In this document: one piece after another, positions 24,039 to 34,810 of the stretch
Layout of the letters: every line of letters begins with the position of its first letter
Numbering within the stretch: position 1 is the first letter of the stretch
NCBI RefSeq assembly: GCF_910592395.1
Contig: NC_088312.1
Span: forward strand, 2,933,858 to 2,997,857
Origin: Lineus longissimus
Lineage: Eukaryota
Length of the DNA: 64,000 nt
Direction of reading: 5' to 3'
Program-made: the position numbers and the translations under genes
Notes under the pieces: generated by a model
Database searches by the model: none
Seen by the model: only the letters and a program-made list of their open reading frames with translations
Told to the model about the DNA's origin: nothing

Positions 24039-24182
24039 GCTGAGCACAAAAACCTAAGCCGTTACATGAACTCCATAGATGAAGCCCTTGCGGTGTATTC
24101 AAGTGTCTACAAGGATTATCCTGAGAAGAAACCTTTCAAAGGTCAACTGCCAGGTCATATTGGATCCAGGAAGCTGAAACAG
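24039..24182 (+). CDS. PARP4: PARP4 exon (PARP regulatory helical domain)
   Basis: AEHKNLSRYMNSIDEALAVYSSVYKDYPEKKPFKGQLPGHIGSRKLKQ (ORF 24021..24248). Confidence 0.8.
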
Positions 24183-24329
24183 GTGAGTTCATTTTGCATG
24201 AAACCCTTACATAATATTATGTTCTTGATACTCATCTGTGGCTTGTGAAAAAGAATTTCAGTGTTATGAGTTCAATGTGTTGGTTGAAATCGTCGCATGA
24301 TAAGATAACAGAATGTTTTGTCTTTTCAG

Positions 24330-24467
24330 GCGTATCGTGAAAAGAGTGTCGGTGGCGCTCAGCTTGATTCACACATTTCTAAAGTTGTCAGCCACCTGTG
24401 GACTGAGGCTATGGGGGAGTTAGGTGACGTTGTCTCTCTCCCTTTGAGCAGCATTGGCAATGAGAAG
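24330..24467 (+). CDS. PARP4: PARP4 exon (regulatory domain)
   Basis: AYREKSVGGAQLDSHISKVVSHLWTEAMGELGDVVSLPLSSIGNEK. Confidence 0.75.
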
Positions 24468-24730
24468 GTACTAGGGAAACTTTTTTGAATCTGTTTAGTT
24501 CCACTTTGAAAGAAGATTTTCAAGCCATTATTCAATTTCAAGTATCAATGAGTGGTATAGAATTCATCAGAATGGTAATAAATGGGAATAAATGCATATA
24601 GTGCTCTTTGCGACAGTTCAGGTGTACAGTATAAAAAGTGCTATATAAGAACTTACCTACATTTTGTATTTGTTGTGAATATAGCTTGAAATTATCTATT
24701 AGCATTGTCTTAACTTATCAAACATTGCAG

Positions 24731-24907
24731 GTAGAGAAAGGAGAAAGTCTTCTGAAGGAGCTACTGACGGCCTTGGATAAGGGAAAACCCCAGGATGAAC
24801 TGCAACGATTATCGGACGAGTTCTATGTAGAGATCCCGCATCATCCCAAGCACCGTGAGCTCCTCAATAGCAAGAAGCTTCTTGCAAAGAAGCAGGATCT
24901 CTGCCAG
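24731..24907 (+). CDS. PARP4: PARP4 exon (regulatory domain)
   Basis: VEKGESLLKELLTALDKGKPQDELQRLSDEFYVEIPHHPKHRELLNSKKLLAKKQDLCQ (ORF 24638..24952); vertebrate PARP4 has ...LIPHKGTMPKEVNLGLLAKKADLCQ. Confidence 0.85.
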
Positions 24908-25104
24908 GTACAGCAGGAAGTCAAACCCTTGGGACTAATGATAATGATATGAATATATTTCTTTAGCATGAATACTTTCAATGAAGTGTAAGATAAGAGA
25001 CTCCTGTTGTAGACTCGATGTTACTTTATCTTGCCTTCTTAGCTCCCTTTAGAGTCACTTTAAATGAGAGAATAGAGTTTCAGTTTTTTAAATGTTTTTT
25101 CCAG

Positions 25105-25263
25105 TTGATCCGTGACATGTATGCAGTGGCCGAGGCTACCAACTGGAGCAGCAGGTGTAGCCCTGATGCTCAGTACAATGCCTTGAATTGTGAGATTGAA
25201 CTACTGACGGAGAAGAGTGAGAGGCAGAAGATACATGATTTACTCAGGGAGTCTGTTTTTCCG
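25105..25263 (+). CDS. PARP4: PARP4 exon (regulatory domain)
   Basis: LIRDMYAVAEATNWSSRCSPDAQYNALNCEIELLTEKSERQKIHDLLRESVFP; vertebrate LIRDMVNVCE... Confidence 0.85.
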
Positions 25264-25478
25264 TGAGTTATTGCGATTTGAAATATCACACTTAGGACTT
25301 GAATAATTTGTTTGTCATTTGTTATCAAGCTGAATGTCATTTGAACTACACTGGTACTCTAAAATGTGAAATGATAGTGAGCAACGACACATTGCAAAAT
25401 TTCAACCGTATTGCATTAATAATTGAAAATAACTATTGGCCTAAAAGTGTAATCCGTGCAATACAGAGCAATTCTAAG

Positions 25479-25636
25479 TGTCCATTTCCATGTTCCAGCG
25501 GTGAACCTGTGCCATCTTTCCGCGTCTTCACCGTGGTCCGTCCGTTGGAGGATCAGAATTTCTCGAGCAACATCCACAACAAGGAGCTGCTCTTCCATGC
25601 ATCTGGTGTCCACAACTTTGTTGGGATTCTGTCGAG
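25479..25636 (+). CDS. PARP4: PARP4 exon (catalytic domain, His of the H-Y-E triad)
   Basis: CPFPCSSGEPVPSFRVFTVVRPLEDQNFSSNIHNKELLFHASGVHNFVGILSR. The acceptor is ambiguous: 25479 is in frame, whereas the stronger polypyrimidine acceptor at 25499 would break the frame. Confidence 0.7.
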
Positions 25637-25862
25637 GTATATTTCAAATTAACTAGGTTTTAAAGATGGTTTATTACATTCGTTGCAGTTGATTTAAAAG
25701 TGTGTAACTTTTTGCTGTTTTGCTAGGATTCTTCCACAACCTTCCACATTTCAAAATGCAATAGTTTATACATGTGTTCCGCATGCTTTGACATTATGAA
25801 TTGAGTTCTGGAATCAACATGACTATAGTTATGGCAACTTTCTTCTCCTCTCTTCGCTCTAG

Positions 25863-25961
25863 GGGATTGTTGCCACCGAAGGTGATTGTGGACGACTACG
25901 GTGGAACAAGATCAGATATTGGAATGCTTGGCAGTGGAATGTACTTCTCCAACTCTACAAC
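25863..25961 (+). CDS. PARP4: PARP4 exon (catalytic domain, Tyr of the triad)
   Basis: RGLLPPKVIVDDYGGTRSDIGMLGSGMYFSNSTT; vertebrate CRGLLLPKVVEDRGVQRTDVGNLGSGIYFSDS. Confidence 0.85.
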
Positions 25962-26262
25962 GTAAGTATAGAAATATCCTCTAAGTGTGGCCAGAAGCAT
26001 CAATCGATCTTCATAGATATTTGCTAGAAATAAGTCTTGAGAGAACTTAACGGAGGGAAAGAACATGACACACTCACTTTAGCTTAAACTATGTCATTTG
26101 AATGTCCTCTGCATTTGATATTACTATCGTACGTAGATTCTGTAGCAGTCCTTGCAATTTTATTCAGCGATCTGCCCAGCTTGGTTGTCAACACTGCTCC
26201 CCTTGGCCATGATGAATAGTATTGATTTTAGTACATTTTCAGTTTTTGATTTTGTCTTCCAG

Positions 26263-26446
26263 AACGAGTCTGAAGTATTCTTCGCCCAGCAAGACATTGC
26301 ATTCTCGCATGATGGCGGTGAGCGAAGTTGCCTTGGGTGATGTCTACAAGACGCATAGATATGACACAGAGCTGAAGGCGCCCCCTAATGGCTACCACAG
26401 TGTTCTTGGTGTGAGCAAAATACACGGTAGTGAGTCGCAATTTGTG
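26263..26446 (+). CDS. PARP4: PARP4 exon (catalytic)
   Basis: TSLKYSSPSKTLHSRMMAVSEVALGDVYKTHRYDTELKAPPNGYHSVLGVSKIHGSESQFV (ORF 26222..26509). Confidence 0.85.
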
Positions 26447-26566
26447 GTGAGTGGCGATGTTTATCATGGTGCATTGCGATCGAACACACAAGAGTCAAAT
26501 GTCATTTGAACTTTTCTGAAATCTCTGGCTCTGATTAGGCATTTGAAAGTTTATCCCTATTTCCAG

Positions 26567-26723
26567 GATGACGAGTACGTGATATATGATACAAAGCAGC
26601 AGAGAATCAAATACCTTGTTGAGTTCTGGCTCCCAGAAGATGGATATAGGCCAGAATATCAGTTCGATCAAGCAGAGGTTGAGGATAGTGATGTTGCTCA
26701 TGATGATCGGGTGACAGGCATCG
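26567..26723 (+). CDS. PARP4: PARP4 exon (catalytic Glu, DDEYVIYD)
   Basis: DDEYVIYDTKQQRIKYLVEFWLPEDGYRPEYQFDQAEVEDSDVAHDDRVTGI (ORF 26543..26734). Confidence 0.85.
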
Positions 26724-26955
26724 GTAAGAATTAGTTTACATCAAGTTTTAGTCCATGAGAAATCTAATAACATTGATGGAACCTAAGTATACATGTACAC
26801 CAAGTTTATTGAAATTGAGGTTGACTATCAGAAATTCTAGTTAAGTCACTTCTGTCTGCCTGACTTAAAGACGTCTGTAAAAAAAAAGCCGGAGAATTTT
26901 CTTTTTCTTTGTTATTGTGGGTGTCATATTTCTTATTCATGTGATCTTTTCGCAG

Positions 26956-27086
26956 ATCTGAAAGACATTCAAAATGTCAAGAATCCACTTGATGATGTTG
27001 CACTGGGCCTGGTTTCGAAGTCAGATGCCAAAGTTCCTCTGGAATCCGTCCATGTTCGTGCTCAGCTGATTGATCTAGCAGGAAAG
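26956..27086 (+). CDS. PARP4: PARP4 exon (start of VIT)
   Basis: DLKDIQNVKNPLDDVALGLVSKSDAKVPLESVHVRAQLIDLAGK. Confidence 0.8.
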
Positions 27087-27375
27087 GTGAGTCCATTACT
27101 GAACTGTTGTTCTGTGATTGGCTTAACTGTTTACTTTATATCTTCTTGCATGTTCTCCCCCAACCCTCGCAATTTTCATTATCGCTTATGACTCGTATGA
27201 CTCACTATCAAGATGTCTAGTTAAAAGCCGGTGTGAGTTATTTCTGGTCACCAACTCTGAAAAAGGTTGGTAGGCTGGTAGTTCGATGTTGAAATAATCC
27301 TATTCTGGCATAGATATCCTTGAGGTTCGACTAAGTCGTCTCACTTTTCGTATTAACAGAATCATTTTTCCCAAG

Positions 27376-27600
27376 GTTGTTGTATTACAAGAGTACCGCA
27401 ATGACAGCTCGATACCAATAGAGGCCAAGTATGTTTTCCCGCTGGATGAGATGGCAGCTGTGTGTGGATTCGAAGCATTCATAAATGGCAAGCATATTGT
27501 CGGCGAGGTGAAAGAAAAAGAGACGGCTCATCGTGAATATAAACAGGCGATTGCTGAAGGTCATGGGGCGTACCTCATGGATCAGGACGAGGAGACTCCC
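27376..27600 (+). CDS. PARP4: PARP4 exon (VIT domain)
   Basis: VVVLQEYRNDSSIPIEAKYVFPLDEMAAVCGFEAFINGKHIVGEVKEKETAHREYKQAIAEGHGAYLMDQDEETP; near-identical to the vertebrate block ...AAVCGFEAFINGKHIVGEIKEKEEA...GHGAYLM. Confidence 0.9.
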
Positions 27601-27961
27601 GTAAGTAATCTTTAATAGGTGATTTTTTTTCAACAACAATTCTGCCCTAACTCTGTTCAATGGCAGTTTTTATATAGCGTTTTCAACTGATCAGTCACTG
27701 TCACTATTATAGGTCCCCACAGAGGCACTCCGAGGCTTCAACTTATCAAGTGTCTGTCGTCATTTTAGCACTCACTTTGCTCATCCTGAAAATAGGACCA
27801 AGATGTGACCAGGGCAGGGTTTTTGAACCCACAACCCTTGGATTAAGAGTCAGATACCTTAACCAGTATCCCACTTTAATGTTGGGTGTGCTTGTGCGGG
27901 ATTGGATTTGTGTTACTTTGTGGTACATGTCTTATCTTTTGGTAATGCTTAACCCTAACAG

Positions 27962-28126
27962 GAGATCTTCACCGTTAGCGTTGGAAACCTGCCTCCCTAT
28001 GCTTCCGTACTCATCAAGATCACTTATGTCGCAGAGTTACAAGTGGAGGAGGAGAAGATAAACTTTGTTATCCCAGGCAGTGTGGCCCCCTGGAAGAAAG
28101 ATAAAGCACTTGGAGAGATTACACAG
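27962..28126 (+). CDS. PARP4: PARP4 exon (VIT domain)
   Basis: EIFTVSVGNLPPYASVLIKITYVAELQVEEEKINFVIPGSVAPWKKDKALGEITQ; vertebrate DVFTVSVGNLPPKAKVLIKITY. Confidence 0.9.
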
Positions 28127-28343
28127 GTTTGTACTTAAATCAGCACTCACTTGGACTTGATCCTCTACAATGTTTGTTCGGTCTTATCATGCCCAAAACC
28201 CTCTCGCCTATGCCAGTGTTGGCTCCAATCCCTGGTCATGACTTCCAGTGTAGAGATATCTTTGATTTCTAGTTGAAATCATTGGTCTTAATATGTACAT
28301 TTAGAAAGCGAATGTTGACGATGTTTACATATCTTTTTTTCAG

Positions 28344-28463
28344 ACCACACATGATACCGTCAAAGTAGATGAGGATACTGACGATCTGTCCATCCAAGTT
28401 TCTGTGGAGATGCCGTTCCCCATCCGGAGTATTGAGAGCCCGACACACAGAGTTGCTATAAAG
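28344..28463 (+). CDS. PARP4: PARP4 exon
   Basis: TTHDTVKVDEDTDDLSIQVSVEMPFPIRSIESPTHRVAIK. Confidence 0.8.
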
Positions 28464-28677
28464 GTAAGCCAGCAGCAGGACTGGCAGTTCAGTCTTAATT
28501 CCTTTGGTCAAACCATTCCCATATTCCCAATGTACATATTAGTTACCTGGAGATCAACCTATTAGACACTCTAACCTCTACAGTCTCTGGATATAGGCTC
28601 TCTAACCTCTACAGTCTCTGGATATAGGCTCTCTAACCTCTGCAGTCTCTGGATATAGGCTCTATTCATGTTTTCAG

Positions 28678-28827
28678 AGAACTGAAACCAAGGCAGTAGT
28701 TATGATGAAGGAGAACCAGTCGATTGGCTCAAGTTTCCTCCTACAGATTAGTCTCGCCGAGATCCATGTCCCCAGGATGTGGGTCGAGCGAGACTCTGAA
28801 AAAAATCTGGATGACGAACAATTCGAG
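28678..28827 (+). CDS. PARP4: PARP4 exon
   Basis: RTETKAVVMMKENQSIGSSFLLQISLAEIHVPRMWVERDSEKNLDDEQFE; vertebrate ...LPRMWVEKHPEKE. Confidence 0.85.
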
Positions 28828-29126
28828 GTATGCTTGTTGATTGATTCACCACCTTCTGCCATTTTGTTTTGAGGTTGTTGATATATATAACTGGGCAAAT
28901 ACATCAGGCTTGTGCGTATGAAAGACAGTAAAATATATTTCGTTGCATCATCTGACCACTGTTGGTGGGAGGCAGTTATTGTATGGACCATTTCCGTGTC
29001 ATGAACTTGGTACATATCCGTGAAAGATACTTAAGATTGTGCAACAACCTGTTCTCAACAAGAAGCAAAATTGAAATTGGAAAGGTGACGACAGAACGTG
29101 GGCTAAAGAATGCTTCTCCATTTCAG

Positions 29127-29313
29127 GCCTCTATGCTGACCTTCTACCCAGAGTTTGAAACTGAGGAAAACCCGAGCTTTGAAGTAGTGTTTCTGCTCGA
29201 TTGCTCCAACTCGATGGACCACTCTTCATCGATGGAAGCAAGGAAGATACTACTGCTCGCGCTGCATCATCTCGATTCTCAGTGCAGCTTCAATGTTGTC
29301 AAGTTCGGCACAG
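29127..29313 (+). CDS. PARP4: PARP4 exon (VWA domain)
   Basis: ASMLTFYPEFETEENPSFEVVFLLDCSNSMDHSSSMEARKILLLALHHLDSQCSFNVVKFGT (ORF 28962..29354). Confidence 0.85.
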
Positions 29314-29438
29314 GTATGCATCCATCGGCAAAAACTGGTAGATTAGAGTCATAACATTGGTGATATCATGTTAAAAGCCCATTTACCATTTGATACTTAA
29401 TCAGAAAGTGTTGACTCAATATTTGTTGATATTTTGCA

Positions 29439-29512
29439 GGTTTTGACGAGTTATTCCCATCGAGTCAGTTAAAGACGAAACAGAATGTCAAAATGGCAGA
29501 AAATTTCTTGCA
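29439..29512 (+). CDS. PARP4: PARP4 exon (VWA)
   Basis: GFDELFPSSQLKTKQNVKMAENFLQ. Confidence 0.75.
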
Positions 29513-29881
29513 GGTAATAAATGAGCAATTGAAAATAACTGCTTGTAACTGAGAAGGTGAACCTTGAAAGCTGGTTATGTCCTTTGAATGTTTCAATAAC
29601 CAACACAAAAATGGGTGATGTAAGAGCATTATCGACACTTATGTGTTAGTGTTCTCGTGTCTGTCAATCTGAGCTGTGTGCTACTGTAAACCGAGTAATG
29701 TTTGTGTACCATTTATTTAAATGTTAACAGGTAATTGTGAAAGTAAATGGACACAAAAAGAGAATTGAATTAAAATTTCTGTTAGTTGAAGGTCCATTAG
29801 ACTGCTATTTCATAAAATTGCAAAGAAACGTGGCTGCCAATAGTTCTGGGTTTCCGGTGTACCTTGCTTGTTTCATTTCAG

Positions 29882-30166
29882 AATGTAGCCAACCTCGGCA
29901 ACACAGATGCCTACAAGCCGTTGTTTTCATACTTCCTGCTGCCACCTGTGGACACAGTGAGAAACATCTTCCTGATCTCCGACGGCCATGTGACCAACTC
30001 TGATGCAACCCTGGCTTCGTTGAGGAATAACTTCAAACACACTCGACTCTTCACATTAGGTGTCAGTTCGTCCGCTAACCGCCACATGTTGAGGAGTCTT
30101 GCACAAGCCGGGGCTGGATTCTTTGAGTATTTTGACAGTAAAACTAAATCCAAGTGGGAGGGCAAG
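29882..30166 (+). CDS. PARP4: PARP4 exon (VWA)
   Basis: NVANLGNTDAYKPLFSYFLLPPVDTVRNIFLISDGHVTNSDATLASLRNNFKHTRLFTLGVSSSANRHMLRSLAQAGAGFFEYFDSKTKSKWEGK (ORF 29864..30205). Confidence 0.9.
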
Positions 30167-30392
30167 GTAAGACTTTGCAAACAGACGAAAATGAATCAAA
30201 AATAAGCACCATATGTTCATACCCAGTTTTGATGTCTTTATTAAGCCTGTCTTCAATATGCCAAATTGTGAGGTGCATCATCTCGATGTGTCTCAGCTAT
30301 ACTTTTGGTTCAGGCCATGATTGAACTGCCCTCAAACCTGAGCGCCAATCAACAGTGTTTCAATCAATCATTCATTCCTCATCTGATTGCAG

Positions 30393-30563
30393 ATCATTGC
30401 TCAACTCCACAAGGCCTCACAACCTGTGCTAACCTCAGTAAGCATAGAATGGAAACAACATGACAACTATCGGAGATATTGTATGCAAGCCCCGGCAAAA
30501 GTCACATCTCTCTTCAGTGGGTCGAGGTTGGTTGTCTACGGCTATGTACAGGATTGTACACAG
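30393..30563 (+). CDS. PARP4: PARP4 exon
   Basis: IIAQLHKASQPVLTSVSIEWKQHDNYRRYCMQAPAKVTSLFSGSRLVVYGYVQDCTQ; vertebrate ...ALQAPAQVPSLFLNDRLLVYGFIPHCTQ. Confidence 0.9.
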
Positions 30564-30666
30564 GTAGGATTGAGAATTATGCTGTTCTAGTCCATTGTTG
30601 AGCCTGCTTTTCATTCATTGCATTCAATATGATACGTTCAGAAAGTGGAAAGGGTCTTGATACTTG

Positions 30667-31078
30667 TGTCAGATATATACTGAATGATGTGTCAGATATA
30701 TACTGAACGATGTGTCAGATATATACTGAACGATGTGTCAGATATATACTGAATGATGTGTCAGATATATACTGAATGATGTGTCAGATATATACTGAAT
30801 GATGTGTCAGATATATACTGAATGATGTGTCAGATATATACTGAATGATGTGTCAGATATATACTGAATGATGTGTCAGATATATACTGAATGATGTGTC
30901 AGATATATACTGAATGATGTGTCAGATATATACTGAATGATGTGTCAGATATATACTGAATGATGTGTCAGATATATACTGAATGATGTGTCAGATATAT
31001 ACTGAATGATGTGTCAGATATATACTGAATGATGTGTCAGATATATACTGAATGATGTGTCAGATTTATACTGAATGA
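30667..31078. repeat. Minisatellite: 23-bp unit GTGTCAGATATATACTGAATGAT x ~18 in a PARP4 intron
   Basis: Near-perfect tandem copies are directly visible, with occasional T>C variants in the unit. Confidence 0.95.
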
Positions 31079-31128
31079 ATTGGAATGATAGTTGTATCTA
31101 AATAATGGTCAGATTTCATTTATTTCAG

Positions 31129-31209
31129 GCAACTTTGACTGCGATTGTTGATGGAAGAGAGGTGTCTACAATCGTCTCAACATCTGAATTGAGTATATCG
31201 GCTGGCAAG
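31129..31209 (+). CDS. PARP4: PARP4 exon
   Basis: ATLTAIVDGREVSTIVSTSELSISAGK. Confidence 0.8.
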
Positions 31210-31431
31210 GTAAGTTGGGGCCAAATCTTTAAAGGGAACTGTAGGCAGGAACCACGGATTTTTCAATGTAACTGATTTCAACAGCTGGAAATTCTAGTTT
31301 GACTTACTGATGAACATATTTTTTTCACTAGCAGGACTAGACTTGCTTTAAGTGCTCTGCACATGAATGTAGTATGTAATGGTGTTGGTTGGCCGAGTAG
31401 CGAGTTATGTAGTATTCTCTCATGGTTTCAG

Positions 31432-31512
31432 ATTGTTCATCAGTTAACCGCACGAGCAGCCATCCGGGATTGGGAAACTGGTCTTCTTGATGACAACAGA
31501 ACTGAGCACGAG
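31432..31512 (+). CDS. PARP4: PARP4 exon
   Basis: IVHQLTARAAIRDWETGLLDDNRTEHE; vertebrate MIHKLAARALIRDYEDGILHENETSHE. Confidence 0.85.
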
Positions 31513-31783
31513 GTAAGAATATTCAGCTAATGTTATGCATTCTGTCCTTTAGTATTCTTCTAAAAAAAATGGGCAGATTCCACAAAGGGGTCTGTACTAA
31601 CAACAAGTTTTCAGATGAAACTCGTCGCAAAAAACATCTCTGCCATATCAAGTTAAATGCAAATGGAAAATTTTTCCAAAAAATCTTAGTTTTTTTATTG
31701 TAGTCTCAGTGACTGTACAGTCTGGCTTAGAACCACTTGTTTTTTACAACATAATAACAAATTCATATTTTTATATTTTTTAG

Positions 31784-31885
31784 GTCGTGAAGCGAAACAG
31801 GAAAAGTTACATTATTGATCTCAGTAAGGAATATTCTATTGTGACGCAGTTCACCAGTTTTGTGGCGATTGAAAAGCGTGAAAAG
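31784..31885 (+). CDS. PARP4: PARP4 exon
   Basis: VVKRNRKSYIIDLSKEYSIVTQFTSFVAIEKREK; vertebrate ...LIIKLSKENSLITQFTSFVAVEKRDE. Confidence 0.9.
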
Positions 31886-31991
31886 GTAGGCATGTACGAT
31901 TTTAAAGGGCGTGGCAAGGGGCTGTTGCCAGGGTACGTGATTTGTGTAGTACTGTGTCTCATATCTAAAGCCAATGATATCTTTTCTTCAG

Positions 31992-32213
31992 GACGAAGAG
32001 TTTCATGATCCACACATATCTGATCTGGTCGAGAATGAAGATGTTGATATTCTGGATTACATGGAGTATGAAGGAGAATGTCCGTCCAGGGAGGACAGTG
32101 AGTCGGAGTCGGGGTCCAGCGTGGACAGTGAGTCCGAGTTGAGGTCGGGTTCCACATATGATGACTATGACGTCTGTGAGGCACTGTCACTACCCCAGTT
32201 GGCGGAATCATCC
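31992..32213 (+). CDS. PARP4: PARP4 exon (acidic linker)
   Basis: DEEFHDPHISDLVENEDVDILDYMEYEGECPSREDSESESGSSVDSESELRSGSTYDDYDVCEALSLPQLAESS (ORF 31974..32279), donor |gtaagc. Confidence 0.8.
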
Positions 32214-32224
32214 GTAAGCATGCC

Positions 32225-33152
32225 ATTATGTACCACTTATATGCTGATGACAGTCAATTGTATGTGGCCTTCACTATAATTGAGATTAGTACCACCTGCT
32301 CCAAGATCTCTAATGCTGTCCACGATTTAAATCTCTGCTTGGTTGACAACTTTCTTAGCTGTAATGGCGACAAGACCGAGATTCTGCTAATCTGTTCCCG
32401 CAGGTTCAGCAGCACTATTAATCTCCCCGCCATCCGTATCATTGATGCAAATGTATATTCTTCTGTTTCTGCAAGAGATTTGGGTGTGATCTTGGACCGT
32501 GATTTCAATTTCAAAGAACACATAAACACCTGTGTACGGGCCACCAATTTTCACATTCGTAACATCGGGAAAATCAGAAAATATCTAACTCCAAATACCA
32601 CCAGGTTATATGTCCAGGCTCTTGTAATATCTCGCCTGGATTTCTGTAATTCCCTTTTCCTTGGTTTTCCCAATTCAACAATTATACCCCTACAGAAGGT
32701 ACAACACTCTGCCACTCGCCTAATTACCAAGACCAAGAAACGATCTTCCATTTCCCCAGTACTCAGGTCTCTACATTGGCTTCCTGTGCAACAGCGCATC
32801 AAGTACAAGGTTCTCCTTCTTACTTACAAGTGTCTTCACCAACTTGCTCCCCAATACCTTTCAGAACTTCTCACCGTTCATACCGTTTCTCGAACACTGC
32901 GCTCTTCATCGGCCGTTCATCTGTCTATCCCAAAGGCCAATGTCATGTCAGTCGGTGGTAGAGCATTTTCAATTGGAGCCCCTCAGCTGTGGAACAAACT
33001 TCCTTAACCTGTTAGGAACTGCAGCTCTCTGTTATCTTTCAAGGGACAACTGAAACATTTGCTTTTTAAAGAGGCCTATCAAGTGCTTTGAGCGGCCAGT
33101 TAATGGTTGGATACTGCGCTATATAAGACTCGTATTATTATTATTATTATTG
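32225..33152 (+). mobile_element. 5'-truncated L2/CR1-clade LINE fragment (reverse-transcriptase C-terminus, 3'UTR and microsatellite tail) in a PARP4 intron
   Basis: ORF 32228..33007 begins at the RT YADD motif (LYADDSQLY) and carries the clade-typical C-terminus ...RSLHWLPVQQRIKYKVLLLTYKCLHQLAPQYLSELL...RTLRSS...GGRAFSIGAPQLWNKLP. A frameshifted ...SFKGQLKHLLFKEAY tail follows, then a (TTA)n tract at ~33133-33151. Confidence 0.8.
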
Positions 33153-33879
33153 GACAAACATGAACCTTTGTACACGAACGTGGTTGGTGACTGATGATTA
33201 TACAAATAAACTAATACACCTTTCTTGGAGCGCCGATAAATTTTTTTCAAAAACATCCTTTTCAGATTTCCATTCCATAAATTACCACAAATGGGTGATT
33301 TTCCAATGATACAAGTAAAGTCTGATTTTCAGATGATCAAACCATTTAGTTGAACATTTTCATGCCCAAAATCCATTGGCCAAATATCATTAGATTTATG
33401 ATCCTAAGAGTGTTTACACTTGTAAGCATTTTGACACCATTTTTAGCTCTGTGAAAAATTTTTGGATTAAGGACATACCGGTAAGGTAGTTACATCCACT
33501 CTCCACTTTTTTGATCAAACAATCAGAATACAGTTGGAAGTAATACTTGTGGGAAGAAAAATTGGAGTAGTAATTTCATGCTGCAGAAGATATTTCACCC
33601 TTTTGTCATTAGAGTAGTTGGTGACCTTCCTCTGGGTGTGACCTCATCTGAAGAAATGAGAAAATATTTTAAAGGGCGTTATCTCGACAAAAGATTTTCT
33701 CATGAGAAACCTAGATCGATCAACACTTTAAGCATTTTATCAGTTGTGGAGCATTATATGTGATATTACCAGGCAAGCATATTTTGAAGATTTCACCTCA
33801 TGAGTCAGGTTGCTACCACAACTCTACAAACCACTTTGTGTGATCTCCAATGAAAACAGTACCTTATAAGGAGACGAAA

Positions 33880-34031
33880 CTATAGATTACATTTGTTAGG
33901 CATTTTCCAGTTTCCCATACTCACTTCTTCCACGAATGGCTTGCATTTGCAAATTGCACAACCATTTTCATCCCTCTCGTAGTCATTTCCAGGGCAAGCC
34001 ATTCGGCATTTTGGAGTTGCTCCACAGTACC
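33880..34031 (-). CDS. Nested antisense gene, exon 2: antistasin-like cysteine-rich domain through the stop codon
   Basis: Minus-strand acceptor CGACAG|, then GYCGATPKCRMACPGNDYERDENGCAICKCKPFVEEVSMGNWKMPNKCNL*. The Cys pattern C-x3-C-P-x-G-x7-NGC-x2-C-x-C matches the antistasin-domain consensus (leech antistasin CRKTCPNGLKRDKLGCEYCEC). Alternatively a GTGAGT donor after ...FVEE would splice on to a further unseen exon. Confidence 0.5.
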
Positions 34032-34119
34032 CTGTCGAAAGAGATATTCAAATATACTCTGCACAAAACTGGACTTGTTCATTATATCTTTTTGAAATTT
34101 TCTTGAATCGATACCTTAC

Positions 34120-34183
34120 CTTCTGCCTGTACTTTCAGAAGTAGTATTCCCAACAGAAATGATAGACTATACAGATGCTTCAT
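34120..34183 (-). CDS. Nested antisense gene, exon 1: signal peptide of a secreted antistasin-like peptide
   Basis: Minus strand: ATG MKHLYSLSFLLGILLLKVQAE (hydrophobic signal-peptide-like), followed by donor GTAAGG. Confidence 0.5.
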
Positions 34184-34716
34184 GTTTTTGTCTCTGTGGT
34201 CTTAAACTGGAATTGTGTGTGCCGTCAAGTGCTATGATTTCGTCCTTGTCTCCTATGCTTGTATTGAAAACAATTTTTATCCTCAAACACCTGTTTTGTT
34301 TATGCATGGAAAACTTTAGGTGTTCCACTTCATCGTGACTTTCCTATCAAGATAACAAAATTTGGCGAAAAATAAATTATACATCTAGATATCCATTATC
34401 TCAGATTGAACTTGAAATTCATATAGATAAGATTTTACATGGTCGTTAAAGTGCTGAACTCCCACAATTTGTTCATTGAATACATGGAACCTACACAGCT
34501 GTTAAATTTCCCCACATAAAAACCAAGTCAGAACTTATCAAAGCAGTCTTGCAGAAAAGTTACGCTTCCTAGTCTTGGTCTTGCTTCAGTATGATGCTAA
34601 CGCCCCTTATGACTGATTAAGAACCAGTAGGCTATTAGAATATTACTCACACCAGTCACTGATTGCACCAACCTTAATTACTGACAATTACATTTTGATT
34701 CATTCATATATTTCAG

Positions 34717-34810
34717 AGTACCATCTGGGCTGATGACATTCAGCCAATCACGTTTCAGGCAGGAAGGTCCAGCTCAAGGATCGAGTCATTCGATGAGTTT
34801 CAGGATTTAG
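34717..34810 (+). CDS. PARP4: PARP4 exon
   Basis: STIWADDIQPITFQAGRSSSRIESFDEFQDL, phase-consistent. Confidence 0.65.

Noticed and set aside
33578-33763. 61-aa plus-strand ORF in a PARP4 intron (MLQKIFHPFVIRVVGDLPLGVTSSEEMRKYF...)
   Set aside because: No homology is recognised and it cannot be placed in phase between PARP4 exons 26 and 27.
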